From: Pirellulales bacterium
GTDB lineage: Bacteria > Planctomycetota > Planctomycetia > Pirellulales > UBA1268
Direction: 5' to 3'
Length of the DNA: 64,000 nt
Assembly (NCBI GenBank): GCA_044369655.1
Contig: JBILWX010000002.1
Location: forward strand, 8,047-72,046
Shown here: positions 1 through 10,950 of the stretch, one piece after another
Layout of the letters: each line of letters starts with the position of its first letter
Numbering within the stretch: position 1 is the stretch's first letter
Notes under the pieces: generated by a model
The model's database searches: none
What the model saw: the letters and a program-made list of their open reading frames with translations, nothing else
Told to the model about the DNA's origin: nothing
Translations under genes and position numbers: made by a program

Positions 1-1
1 G

Positions 2-130
2 TGGCAGGCCTGGGCGGAGCGTCGGCGGGGGCCGGCTCAGCCCGCGTTTGCCACGCTCTCCGACCTGCCGGGCCTGATCGCTGGCGCCGGTCGACTCCCG
101 GTGGGCGGTTCGATCCTGAAGGCCGCCTAG
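2..130 (+). CDS. 3' end of a CDS entering from the left edge (partial, unknown product)
   Basis: Frame 2 is open from the edge to TAG at 128-130 (WQAWAERRRGPAQPAFATLSDLPGLIAGAGRLPVGGSILKAA*), with GC3-rich codons. It is followed by a hairpin and a convergent gene. Confidence 0.45.
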   Translation, partial: WQAWAERRRGPAQPAFATLSDLPGLIAGAGRLPVGGSILKAA

Positions 131-136
131 CCCGGC

Positions 137-155
137 ACGGGCACCGGCTGCCCGT
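137..155. terminator. Hairpin between convergent genes
   Basis: acgggca-ccggc-tgcccgt inverted repeat between the stop at 130 (+) and the stop at 167 (-). No U-tract. Confidence 0.35.
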
Positions 156-166
156 CAACGCGGCCG

Positions 167-352
167 TCAGCGCCGCGGTTTCTCCATGATCGACCAGCTC
201 ATGTAGGCCAGGATCACGCTGCTGATGATGAAGCCGATGTCGGCCAGGATCGCGACCCGCTGAAATGGAAAACCAGCGGCCAAATCGGCGAGGAACAGGA
301 TCGCCACGAGCCCCGACACGATCATCCCGACAAACGGCATCGCTTTGGACAC
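167..352 (-). CDS. Small two-TM membrane protein (hypothetical)
   Basis: 61 aa with two hydrophobic helices and a basic C-terminus. A GGAGG RBS lies upstream (cctcc at 363-367). Confidence 0.75.
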   Translation of the reverse strand: MSKAMPFVGMIVSGLVAILFLADLAAGFPFQRVAILADIGFIISSVILAYMSWSIMEKPRR

Positions 353-540
353 GGGATCCCTACCTCCAGCACACTGGCATTCGCATCGGCATCATTTCCC
401 TTACGATATCGACTATCCCGCGGGATGCCACCGGGCTGCGGTCCGCGGCGTCCGCACGGCCCTGTCGGCCGGTCTGACGGGATGAACGCCCGCGATTTCG
501 CCCCCCCTTTTCCCCCGACGACCACCGGAGTCCTTACCCC

Positions 541-1053
541 GTGGCCCAGCACACCACCCCGCAACGCACTGCCGTCTACACCGGGTCATTCGATCCGATC
601 ACCCTCGGCCACCTCGATGTCATCGAGCGGGCCAGCCGCATCTTCGACGCCATCGTCGTCGGCGTCGGCATCAACCCGGAAAAACAGCCCATCTTCTCGT
701 TGGCCGAACGTGTGCAACTGGTCCGGGAGTCGGTCGCCAACCTGCCGAACGTCCGCGTGGAACTGTTCAGCGGACTGTCGGTGGCCTTCGTGCGCGAACA
801 AGGCGCCCACGTGCTCCTCCGAGGCGTGCGGTCCCTGACCGACATCGATGCGGAGTTCACCATGACGCTGGCCAACAGAAAACTCGATCCCGGGGTGGAG
901 ACCGTGTTTCTCATGGCCGACGCCCAGTATTCGCACATCTCGTCGTCGCTGCTCAAGCAGATCACGCCCCTGGCAGACGACGAGGCGCTGCTGAAGTTCG
1001 TGCCGCCGCCGGTCGTGGCCCCGCTCCGCCGAATGCTCTCGGGCCCGGCCTGA
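541..1053 (+). CDS. coaD: Phosphopantetheine adenylyltransferase
   Basis: Motifs YTGSFDPITLGHLDVIERA, LLRGVR and ISSS. Confidence 0.97.
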   Translation: MAQHTTPQRTAVYTGSFDPITLGHLDVIERASRIFDAIVVGVGINPEKQPIFSLAERVQLVRESVANLPNVRVELFSGLSVAFVREQGAHVLLRGVRSLTDIDAEFTMTLANRKLDPGVETVFLMADAQYSHISSSLLKQITPLADDEALLKFVPPPVVAPLRRMLSGPA

Positions 1054-1088
1054 CTGTTGGTTCCAAAGCTGCGCGGGGTCACGCGTTC

Positions 1089-1307
1089 GACAGCCCGTAG
1101 TTGTTGACGCCGGTTCTAACGGGCCGCACTGGTTCGCCGGCTGCGGCATGCTCGTCGCCGGCGGATTCTGCTACTGGATGCTCGTGGACGAATCTTCAAT
1201 CGTCCGTGAGTCGCAGAATGCACCGGCTCCTGCGCGTGCCTCCGACCGGCTCCTCAGCATCCGAGCGGGCGGAGGCCCGCCGAGAAACTGGATGAGGACA
1301 GGCTGCC
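1089..1307 (+). ncRNA. Candidate structured ncRNA, rod with central bubble (6S-RNA-like)
   Basis: Nested complementarity: 1089-1098/1298-1307, 1110-1117/1283-1291, 1120-1125/1274-1279, 1136-1140/1246-1250, 1145-1151/1234-1240, 1157-1161/1223-1227, 1165-1171/1213-1219, 1181-1191/1200-1210. G-U pairs favour the + strand, and a terminator follows. Confidence 0.45.
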
Positions 1308-1316
1308 GCCCGTCCG

Positions 1317-1339
1317 AGGGCCCGGATGGCCCTGTTTTT
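1317..1339 (+). terminator. Rho-independent terminator
   Basis: agggcc-cggat-ggccct stem-loop followed by gttttt. Confidence 0.6.
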
Positions 1340-1346
1340 CGCGTAT

Positions 1347-2414
1347 TCAGTTCACGTTCTGCCCACCCGCCTCGAAGTGCTGCCGCAGGTAGCGGGCCCG
1401 CTCGATGTTGCGATCTTTCGTGTCGAGTTCGACGCCCCTGATCTTCTGGAGATGCGCGGGCTGGGTGCGAACGAGAAGCGAATTGATGTCGGCGATTTTC
1501 ACGTCCCCAATCAGCCCCAGGAGCACGCCCATGCGCACCCGCGACAACAGCTGCATCGTCTCCTCGGCGCTGATCGTCTGGGCGGTCCGCAGGATGCCGT
1601 AGGCGCGGCTCACCTGATCGTGCACGTTCTGCTCCGTCTCGCGGACGAGAAACTCCCGGGCCCGCCGCTCGTAGTCGATGAGCACCGGCACCACGTCACC
1701 CACCTGTTCCACCAACTGCTCCTCCGACTTGCCCAGCGTCGTCTGATTGGAAATCTGGTAGAAGTCGCCCATCGCCTGCGAGCCCTCGCCGTACAGCCCT
1801 CGGACCGCCAGCGAAATCTTGTGCAGGCTGCGAAACACCTTGTCGATCTGCCGCGTGATCACCAGGGCGGGCAGGTGAAGCATCACGCTCACCCTGATCC
1901 CGGTACCCACGTTGGTCGGGCAGGCGGTGAGGTAGCCGAAGCGGGGGTGAAACGCATATGGGACGAACTCCTCGATCTGTTCGTCGACCACCTTGATCTG
2001 CTCCCAGACCCCGCGCAGGTCGAGCCCGCTGTGGATGCATTGGATGCGGAGATGGTCTTCCTCGTTGATCATGAGGCTGACCTGCTCGAGCGGGTCGATC
2101 GCCACGCTCCGGGCCCCTTGGGCGTCGGCATGCTCCCTGCTGATCAACTGCCGCTCCACGAGAAACTGGCGGTCGATCTCCTCGAGCCGCCCCACGTCGA
2201 TCGATTCGAGGGTCCGGCCCACCGGGGCCATGGCGATCCGCTCCCTCAGAAACCGCTCGATGTCGGCGCGGTCCTGCTCGGAGGCCCGGCTCACGAAGGG
2301 ATACTGCGGCAGGTTGCGGGCCAGCCGCACGCGGCTGCTCATCACGATGTCCGATTCGGGACCGGTGCCCCGCAGCCATTCACCGATCGATTGGGCAAGC
2401 ATGTCAAGTTTCAT
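1347..2414 (-). CDS. mcsB: Protein arginine kinase (ATP:guanido phosphotransferase)
   Basis: Motifs SSRVRLARN, NEEDHLRIQ, LTACPTNVGTG and VRGLYGEGS. Directly downstream of mcsA. Confidence 0.95.
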   Translation of the reverse strand: MKLDMLAQSIGEWLRGTGPESDIVMSSRVRLARNLPQYPFVSRASEQDRADIERFLRERIAMAPVGRTLESIDVGRLEEIDRQFLVERQLISREHADAQGARSVAIDPLEQVSLMINEEDHLRIQCIHSGLDLRGVWEQIKVVDEQIEEFVPYAFHPRFGYLTACPTNVGTGIRVSVMLHLPALVITRQIDKVFRSLHKISLAVRGLYGEGSQAMGDFYQISNQTTLGKSEEQLVEQVGDVVPVLIDYERRAREFLVRETEQNVHDQVSRAYGILRTAQTISAEETMQLLSRVRMGVLLGLIGDVKIADINSLLVRTQPAHLQKIRGVELDTKDRNIERARYLRQHFEAGGQNVN

Positions 2415-2447
2415 GGTCTGTATCGAGGAACGCCGTGCGGCTTTCCG

Positions 2448-3005
2448 TCACTCCTGTCCTTCCGGGCGGGCGGGGGGGATCCAGCGGTCCTCGATCGCCC
2501 GGATGGCGTCGCGGTTTTCCTTCGCGTTTTCGTAGTCCTCGCGAAGGATCGCCTCCTTCATCTCGCGGCGAAGGCCGATCACACTCGTCAGTTCGGCAGT
2601 GCCCTCCGCGGCCTGCGGCGACCGTGCCGGCCTCCGGCCCGTGTGTTCCGTCGCCCCGTGGATGTTCGCGATCAGCGGTTCGAGTTCCTTGGCGAACTGC
2701 ACGTAGTCGTGCGGACAGCCCAGCCGGCCCTGGTTGCGAAATTCGAAGAACGTGATGCCGCACATGTCGCAGGCCTTCTGGTCGAGCGCAGCTAGTTCGT
2801 CCGCCGTCTGCCCGACGCCCAGCGGGCCGGCCGTGCCGCCGGGGGCCTCAGCCTCCTCGCCAGCCTCGCTGGCGGCGGCCCCACCCTCTGCCTGATTGAG
2901 GTACACCCGCGCATGATCCTCGCAGAGGTGGAGTTCACGGACCGCGCCGGTCTCCAGTTCCGTAATGTGGAACACCGCCTGCTTGTCACACTGCTGACAC
3001 TTCAT
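2448..3005 (-). CDS. mcsA: McsA, protein-arginine-kinase activator (Zn-binding, UvrB/UvrC motif)
   Basis: Starts MKCQQCDKQAVFHIT. Motifs CEDH, CDMCG, GRLGCPHDY and the C-terminal UVR motif EDYENAKENRDAI. Start set at ATG 3005. Confidence 0.92.
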   Translation of the reverse strand: MKCQQCDKQAVFHITELETGAVRELHLCEDHARVYLNQAEGGAAASEAGEEAEAPGGTAGPLGVGQTADELAALDQKACDMCGITFFEFRNQGRLGCPHDYVQFAKELEPLIANIHGATEHTGRRPARSPQAAEGTAELTSVIGLRREMKEAILREDYENAKENRDAIRAIEDRWIPPARPEGQE

Positions 3006-3259
3006 GGCCGCCACTTTCCGACTCGTTGTCCCACTGCTGCCAGGCCGCGACACTGGCATCGACTGAATCATAGCGGCCCGCAGCCGGAAGGTCGCCTTCA
3101 ACCGATCGGCCGGCCGCTCGGAAGGCCGATCCCAGCCCGCGGCAGGCCGCAAACACGCTTCCTGCTTGTTGCCCGCCGATCCCGGTCGGTACGCTGTCAT
3201 GTCTCCCGGCCGGGAGCAGCCCCCGCAGACTGAGCCATCCCCGCAGTGTCCATCCGCCC

Positions 3260-4795
<1,536 letters not shown>

Positions 4796-4843
4796 CGACG
4801 CATTCCGAAGGACAGCCCCCGTGGCCGGGAGACGAGTGCCGGC

Positions 4844-5761
4844 ATGATTCGCTGCGATCGCCTCATCGTCGAACGGTCGGGCCAGATGGTGATCGACCGC
4901 CTCTCGCTGGCGGTCGGCCCGGGGGAAACCCTCGCCGTCATCGGCAGGTCAGGAGCCGGAAAAAGCACCTTGCTGGCGGCGGCCGCCACCGCGATTCCGG
5001 TCGGTGGTGGCGATGTCACCGTCGCGGGCCATTCCGTCCGCCGCGCTCCCGACGCGGTGCGGGCCCGCATCGGATACGCGCCGCCGCACCTCGTCGGCTG
5101 GCCGGCCGTGCGGGCCGAAGAATTCCTGGCGATTTTTGCCCATGCCGCCGGGCTGACCGACCGCAGCCTGCGTGAAGCGGTCAATCGGGCCCTCGACCTG
5201 GCCGGCCTGGGTGGCAGGGGCGACACGCTGATCGATCGCCTGCCCGACGGGCAGGCGAAACTCCTGCTCATCAGCCGGGCGGTCTTGCATGCGCCCGACG
5301 TGCTCATCCTCGACGATCCCTTCGGCAACCTCGATCCGCTCCAGCGGCAGTCGATTGAACGGCTGATCGGCGACATGCAGATCGGCGGCCGCACCGTCAT
5401 CGCCGCGGTCGACGATGCCCGCGTGCCCGACTGTTTCACCCATCTGGCCGTGCTTGCGGAGGGCCGGCTCGTGCAGCACGGGTCGGCGACCTTTGCGGCC
5501 TTTTCGAGCGGGCGATCGTGGCGGCATCGCCTGCATTGCCCGGGTCAGGCCGAGGCGGCAGCCGCCCTGGTTGCACGACTGACAGAACACGCTTCCGCCT
5601 TCGATGCCAACACGCTCGACTGCACGCTCACCGTCCCCACGGAGTCGTCGCGGCCCCCCATCGCCGCGGTCACCGACGCACTCCTGCGGGCAGGAATCGC
5701 GGTGGAAGCCGCCGGACTGCACCCGGATTGGACGGAACAGTTGGTCGAGCAGACGGCTTGA
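4844..5761 (+). CDS. ABC-type ATP-binding protein, degenerate motifs
   Basis: Walker A GRSGAGKST is intact. The signature reads LPDGQ, Walker B reads LILDDP, and there is no H-loop His. Confidence 0.85.
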   Translation: MIRCDRLIVERSGQMVIDRLSLAVGPGETLAVIGRSGAGKSTLLAAAATAIPVGGGDVTVAGHSVRRAPDAVRARIGYAPPHLVGWPAVRAEEFLAIFAHAAGLTDRSLREAVNRALDLAGLGGRGDTLIDRLPDGQAKLLLISRAVLHAPDVLILDDPFGNLDPLQRQSIERLIGDMQIGGRTVIAAVDDARVPDCFTHLAVLAEGRLVQHGSATFAAFSSGRSWRHRLHCPGQAEAAAALVARLTEHASAFDANTLDCTLTVPTESSRPPIAAVTDALLRAGIAVEAAGLHPDWTEQLVEQTA

Positions 5762-5785
5762 GTGCGGCGACTGCCGATCGACTTC

Positions 5786-6307
5786 CTACTCGCCCCAGGC
5801 GCGGCGGACCTCGGCCAGCCCCGCCACGCAGATATCGTATTCATGGCTGAGCCGTTCGAGCAGAAGCCGGTCGTCGGCCGCGTCTTCCGGCTCGAGCGTG
5901 CTGGCGATCCAGTAGGCGCGTTTGCCGGCCAGGCGGTAATCGAGCTGCTGAACCCGCCGCAACGCCTCGGGATAGAGGCCCGTCCAGAAGAGCGTGTAGT
6001 CGCCGATCTGACGGTAGTCGTCGACGGCCGCGTCGGACGACGCCTGCGGCGCGGTGGCGAGCATCCGCGTGCCATCCTCGCCGGCCACCACGTCCACGGC
6101 GGCCACCACATCCACGGCGGCAAGTGGCCGCAGGCCTTCGACGCGGATGAACCGGACGAGCAGCGTCGAGACATACTCCACGAGCGGCGGATCGACCACA
6201 CCCAGCCGCCCGTGAAATGCATGCTCGGCGAGGCCGCGAAAGAAACGGTCGAGATCGGCCGGGTCACGGGCAGAAAACATGCTCGAGCAACCTCCCTGGG
6301 CCCTCAC
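5786..6307 (-). CDS. Conserved hypothetical protein
   Basis: Protein-like sequence (EYVSTLLVRF, YRQIGDYTLFWTGLYPE). Co-oriented after the oxidoreductase. True start may be ATG 6280. Confidence 0.8.
   Translation of the reverse strand: MRAQGGCSSMFSARDPADLDRFFRGLAEHAFHGRLGVVDPPLVEYVSTLLVRFIRVEGLRPLAAVDVVAAVDVVAGEDGTRMLATAPQASSDAAVDDYRQIGDYTLFWTGLYPEALRRVQQLDYRLAGKRAYWIASTLEPEDAADDRLLLERLSHEYDICVAGLAEVRRAWGE
6083..6118. repeat. In-frame 18-bp tandem duplication
   Basis: ggccaccacgtccacggc followed by ggccaccacatccacggc, encoding AVDVVA twice on the - strand. Confidence 0.8.
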
Positions 6308-6370
6308 ACGCTCATGCTGACACCACCGAATGATACCCGAAACGCGCTCCCCGAGGGCGCCGGCCCGTCC

Positions 6371-7708
6371 CTACGACAGGTTGTCCACCTCGAAGCCCTT
6401 TCGGTACGTTCGCCGGAGCAGGGCATCGGCCCTGTCGTGGTTCGGAATGGTCATCGCCGCCGGCTGCCAACGAAGCTCGTCGCCCGGAAACCGATTGGCA
6501 AGCGTCCCGAGGAGCACCGTCTCGGTGAGCGGACCGGCGTAGTCGAAGCCACAGGTCGTCGCCGCGCCGCCGAGGCAGGCATCGACGAAGAGGTGGTAGT
6601 GGTTGCCATTCGGCGCCGCCTCGATCTTCACGTCGGCAAAGTCCTTCACCGGCAGGAGCGTCGGCATCGCCACGTGAGGCAGAAGGATCGCTCCCTTCTC
6701 ACCGAGGAAGATCGACCCCTGATCAGGCAGCTTCATCCGCGTGCCGTCGGCGGCGTCGAGCGGCCAGGCGGACGTGTCGGGCATCTTCCCGCCGTCGTAC
6801 CAGGTAAGCACGAAGCCATCGGTCGTGTACTTCCCGGCCGGAAAGGTGAAACGGGTCTCGTTCTGCATCCCGAAGGAATCAGCCGGCGGACGAGAACTGT
6901 TCGAGAGAAGGGAACGCGGGGGGCCGAGTTGGAGGGCACTGAACACCGGATCGAGGATGTGGATCGCCATGTCTCCCATCGTTCCCCCGCCGAAGTCGTA
7001 CCAGCGACGCCAGTTGCCCGGATGGTAGTGCCCCGGGCAGAACGGGCGATCGCCCGCGGTGCCGAGCCAGAGATTCCAGTCGAGTGAGGCCGGCACCGGC
7101 CCCGCCCCGGGCTTCGGGCCGTCGTAGCCCCAGGTCTTTCCGCTCCAGGAGCAGACTTCTCGCACGTTGCCGATGATGCCGCTCTGCACGAGTTGCACCG
7201 CGGTGCGGTACTGCGTGTTCGAATGAATCTGCGTCCCCATCTGCGTGACGATCGCGGGATTGGCGGCGGCGGCCGCGCGGAGCTGTCGCGATTCGTGCAC
7301 GTCGTGCGTCAGCGGCTTCTGGCAGTAGACGTGTTTGCCATGGTTGAGCGCCGTCATCGCCGCCGGGGCATGGGTGTGGTCGGGAGTGGAGACATGGACC
7401 GCGTCGATCGACCCGGCCAGCTCTTCGAACAGTCTCCGGAAGTCGGCGAACTGTTTCGCCCCCGCATGCTTCTCGGCGGCGGCAGCGAGCCTGCCGGCAT
7501 CGACATCGCACAGCGCTACCACCTCCACGTTCGGGTGCGACGCCAGCGCCGTCAGGTCGGCGTTTCCCATGCCGCCAACGCCGATCCCGGCCAGCCGCAG
7601 CCTGTCGTTGGCTGCCGCCCGGCCGACACCGGCAACCGAGATGAGCGGCAGCGCCATCCCGGTGATCGTGGCGTGCTTCAGGAGGCTGCGGCGGGAGAGT
7701 GCCGGCAT
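6371..7708 (-). CDS. Gfo/Idh/MocA family oxidoreductase with Tat signal
   Basis: SRRSLLK twin-arginine signal, GVGGMG, STPDHTH, VYCQKP and MGDMAIHILD. Confidence 0.93.
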   Translation of the reverse strand: MPALSRRSLLKHATITGMALPLISVAGVGRAAANDRLRLAGIGVGGMGNADLTALASHPNVEVVALCDVDAGRLAAAAEKHAGAKQFADFRRLFEELAGSIDAVHVSTPDHTHAPAAMTALNHGKHVYCQKPLTHDVHESRQLRAAAAANPAIVTQMGTQIHSNTQYRTAVQLVQSGIIGNVREVCSWSGKTWGYDGPKPGAGPVPASLDWNLWLGTAGDRPFCPGHYHPGNWRRWYDFGGGTMGDMAIHILDPVFSALQLGPPRSLLSNSSRPPADSFGMQNETRFTFPAGKYTTDGFVLTWYDGGKMPDTSAWPLDAADGTRMKLPDQGSIFLGEKGAILLPHVAMPTLLPVKDFADVKIEAAPNGNHYHLFVDACLGGAATTCGFDYAGPLTETVLLGTLANRFPGDELRWQPAAMTIPNHDRADALLRRTYRKGFEVDNLS

Positions 7709-7741
7709 CGGTCGTTCCTTGCTGGAAGTGGGCGCGGGCAA

Positions 7742-8602
7742 CTAACGGGTCGTGGCCGCAGCCAGATCGCCGACGTAGCTCTCGAGCCCGCGGAGGAACG
7801 CGTCGCGGGGCTGGTTGGCCGCCTCGGCGAGATGACGCACCACCGCCGAACCGACGATCACGCCATCGGCCACCGCGGCCACGGCCCGTGCCTGTTCCGG
7901 ACTCGAAATCCCGAAGCCGACCAGGATCGGCACGTCGGTCTTCGTCCGCAGCCACTGCACCCGCTCGATCAATCCGGCCGGCAGTTCCGTGCGGGCACCC
8001 GTCACCCCCGCCACCGACACGCAGTAGAGGAAGCCGGTGGATCGGCGGGCGATCGCCTCGGCCCGCTCCGGTGGCGTGGTCGGCGTCACGAGTCGAACGA
8101 GCGCCAGGCCCGCCTTCCGGCAGGCCGCATCGAGCTGGTCCGACTCCTCGAGCGGCAGGTCGGGCACGACGAATCCGGCCAGCCCCGCCGCCTGTGCGTC
8201 GCTCACGAACCGGTCGATGCCGCGGCGAAAGATCAACGAATAGCTCGCCATCGCGAGGATCGGCATCGTCACTCGCTGCGTGGCCGCCCGCGACAGTTCG
8301 AAGAGCCGCTCCAGCGTGAAGCCGGCGGCCAGCGCCCGCGTGTAGGAAGACTGGATCACTGGCCCGTCGGCGATCGGGTCGCTGTAGGGCACACCCAGCT
8401 CACACAGCGACGCACCGGCGCGGTCGAGCGACTCGAGCACGGCGAGCGTCGTCTCCATGTCGGGATCACCGGCGGTGACGAACGGCGCCAGCGCCGCACG
8501 CCCCTCGCGCTTCAGCGCGGCAAACATCTCCGCGAGCGCTGACACTTTCGATGAACCGGCGACCGCGGTATCTGCGGGCATGGATCGATTCCTGGTTGAC
8601 AC
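7742..8602 (-). CDS. trpA: Tryptophan synthase alpha chain
   Basis: Motifs FVTAGDP, ELGVPYSDPIADGPVIQ, GVTGAR, VGFGIS and DGVIVGSA. Start uncertain (8602, 8581 or later). Confidence 0.96.
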   Translation of the reverse strand: MSTRNRSMPADTAVAGSSKVSALAEMFAALKREGRAALAPFVTAGDPDMETTLAVLESLDRAGASLCELGVPYSDPIADGPVIQSSYTRALAAGFTLERLFELSRAATQRVTMPILAMASYSLIFRRGIDRFVSDAQAAGLAGFVVPDLPLEESDQLDAACRKAGLALVRLVTPTTPPERAEAIARRSTGFLYCVSVAGVTGARTELPAGLIERVQWLRTKTDVPILVGFGISSPEQARAVAAVADGVIVGSAVVRHLAEAANQPRDAFLRGLESYVGDLAAATTR

Positions 8603-8670
8603 GTGAGGGTGTTACGACGAGCTCTTCAAGAAGACCGCGCGTAAGGGACATCGGGCAGGGAAGAAAGCAC

Positions 8671-8696
8671 CCCGCGCTCGCGCTGCGGGCTTGGAT
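8671..8696. repeat. REP-like intergenic repeat, copy 1
   Basis: cccgcgctcgcgctgcgggcttggat. Matches copies at 20254 and 45951. Confidence 0.75.
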
Positions 8697-8724
8697 CGGG
8701 TCGATTGCTCGGGCTTTCCACGGG

Positions 8725-9948
8725 TCAAGACATGCTCCGCAGCCGGGCGATCTCGGCGGCGTCTTTATCGCCTCGGCCCGACAGGCAGACGACGAGAATC
8801 TCGTCGGACGACCGACGGCGGGCATCCTGGACGGCCCAGGCCAGAGCGTGCGAGGTTTCGAGCGCCGGGAGGATGCCCTCGCGCTTGGCCACGAGATCGA
8901 AGGCGTCGAGCGCTTCAGCGTCGGTCACGCTCGTGTATTCCACCCGGCCGGCATCCCGCCAGTAGCTGTGCTCGGGGCCCACGCCCGGATAGTCGAGACC
9001 AGCCGACACGGAATGCACGTCGGACGTCTGACCATCGGCATCCTGCAGCACGTAGCTCAGGCTGCCATGGAGAATCCCGGGGCTGCCATAACTCAGGCTC
9101 GCCGCATGATCGCCCGGCTTGCCCGACCGGCCGCCGGCCTCGACGCCCACGAGCCGCACGCCGGCGTGGTCGACGAACGGATAGAACATCCCGGCTGCAT
9201 TGGAGCCGCCCCCCACGCAGGCCACCACGGTGTCGGGCAGGCGGCCGAGTTGGCGGCGGCACTGTTCCACCGTTTCCCGGCCGATCACCGACTGGAAATC
9301 GCGGACGATCCGCGGGAAGGGATGCGGGCCCACGACCGAGCCGATGATGTAGTGGGTGGTCTCGACGGAGCCCATCCAGTCGCGCATCGCCTCGTTGATC
9401 GCATCGCGAAGGGTGCGTGATCCGCTCTCGACGGGCCGTACTTCCGCTCCCATGAACCGCATGTTGCGTACGTTTGGCGCCTGACGCCGCACGTCCTCAG
9501 CCCCCATGTAGACCACGCATTCAAGACCGAAGCGGGCGCAGGCCGTGGCCGTGGCCACGCCATGCTGGCCGGCCCCCGTCTCGGCGATGATCCGCCGCTT
9601 GCCCATGCGCATGGCCAAGAGCCCCTGGCCGAGCGTGTTGTTGATCTTGTGGGCGCCGGTATGGCTCAAGTCCTCGCGCTTGAAATAGATCTGGGCGCCG
9701 CCGGCGAGTTCGGTGAGCCGCTTGGCGAAGAGCAGGGGAGTGGGCCGGCCGACGAACGCCCCCAGCAGGCCGTCGAGTTCCGCCGCAAAGGCGGGATCGG
9801 CGATCGCCTCGTGGTAGGCATGCTCGAGCTGTTCCAGCGCCGCAGAGAGCGTCTCCGGCACGTACCGTCCTCCAAACCGCCCGAAGCGTCCCAGGGCGTC
9901 GGGCACCTGCGAAAGCGAAGGCGAAGCGGTGGTGGGCGGTGGTGTCAT
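8725..9948 (-). CDS. trpB: Tryptophan synthase beta chain
   Basis: Motifs [38 protein letters not shown] and LSGRGDKD. Start set at ATG 9948. Confidence 0.97.
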   Translation of the reverse strand: MTPPPTTASPSLSQVPDALGRFGRFGGRYVPETLSAALEQLEHAYHEAIADPAFAAELDGLLGAFVGRPTPLLFAKRLTELAGGAQIYFKREDLSHTGAHKINNTLGQGLLAMRMGKRRIIAETGAGQHGVATATACARFGLECVVYMGAEDVRRQAPNVRNMRFMGAEVRPVESGSRTLRDAINEAMRDWMGSVETTHYIIGSVVGPHPFPRIVRDFQSVIGRETVEQCRRQLGRLPDTVVACVGGGSNAAGMFYPFVDHAGVRLVGVEAGGRSGKPGDHAASLSYGSPGILHGSLSYVLQDADGQTSDVHSVSAGLDYPGVGPEHSYWRDAGRVEYTSVTDAEALDAFDLVAKREGILPALETSHALAWAVQDARRRSSDEILVVCLSGRGDKDAAEIARLRSMS

Positions 9949-10042
9949 GGCGTGGCAAAGACCGGGGGGTGGCGGCGGACAATTTGCTCCAGGAACGATT
10001 GTAGCCTGCCACGGCACTGCTACCATCGAGGCCCGGTGAATC

Positions 10043-10915
10043 ATGCCTGAATTGCCCGAAGTCGAGACGATGCGACGCGGGATCGCGCACCTGGCCGGGT
10101 TGCGGATCGCGAGCGTCGCGTTTCCCCGCGACACCGTGCGGCCGATCTCGCTGGTGCCTGCGGCGGGCACGATGCAGCGGCGGCTCACCGGGCGAACGGT
10201 CGCCGCGGTCCACCGGTTCGGGAAACGCGTGGCCATCGAACTCCGCCAACAGGGGCGGGCAGGCCGCGCGTGGCTGGTGATCGAACCGCGGATGACAGGC
10301 CTGATGCTGGTGGCCGATCCGCCGACTGCCCAGCACGTGCGGATGGAGATCGGGCTCGACTCGGCGCGGCATCCCCGGCTGCTGTTCTGGGACCGGCGGG
10401 GCCTGGGCACGATCCGGCTGCTCGACGAGCGCGGCCTCGCCGCCGCCTGCGGCCCCGAGAGGCTCGGCCCCGACGGCCTCGCCGTCACGGCCGCCGACCT
10501 GCATTCCCGCCTCGGCCGCTCCCGACGCGCCGTGAAGGTCGCGCTGCTCGATCAGCACGCCGTGGCGGGCATCGGCAACATCTACGCCGCCGAGATTCTC
10601 TTCGCCGCCGGCATCGACCCACGCGTGCCCTGCGGCCGCCTGAACGCCGCTCGTTGGGAGCAGATCGCGGCGGCGGCGCGGAGCATTCTCGCCGAGGCCG
10701 TCCGCCTGGAGGGCTCGACGATCGGCGACGAAACCTACAAGACCGCCGACAACCGCTCCGGGCAATTCCAGTTGCAGCACCGTGTCTACGGCCGCGAAGG
10801 GGATCCCTGCCGGCGGTGCGGGGCGACCATCCGGCGAATCGTGCAGACGCAACGATCGACGTTTTTCTGCCCGGAGTGTCAGTGGCACCACCGGCGACGA
10901 TGCCGTAGTCTTTGA
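10043..10915 (+). CDS. mutM: Formamidopyrimidine-DNA glycosylase
   Basis: N-terminal [21 protein letters not shown] and C-terminal zinc finger CRRC...CPECQ. Confidence 0.95.
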   Translation: MPELPEVETMRRGIAHLAGLRIASVAFPRDTVRPISLVPAAGTMQRRLTGRTVAAVHRFGKRVAIELRQQGRAGRAWLVIEPRMTGLMLVADPPTAQHVRMEIGLDSARHPRLLFWDRRGLGTIRLLDERGLAAACGPERLGPDGLAVTAADLHSRLGRSRRAVKVALLDQHAVAGIGNIYAAEILFAAGIDPRVPCGRLNAARWEQIAAAARSILAEAVRLEGSTIGDETYKTADNRSGQFQLQHRVYGREGDPCRRCGATIRRIVQTQRSTFFCPECQWHHRRRCRSL

Positions 10916-10950
10916 CGGGAACGAGGCTTTTCCCCTGCGGAGGTGCGGCC

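Noticed and set aside
1060-1340. tmRNA, SRP RNA or RNase P identity for the structured intergenic region
   Set aside because: No tRNA-like 3' end, no SRP helix-8 motif and no RNase P GAGGAAAGTCC motif.
3006-3259. trp attenuator leader, or CtsR/CIRCE operator
   Set aside because: No Trp-codon leader peptide, no U-tailed terminator and no recognisable operator repeat.
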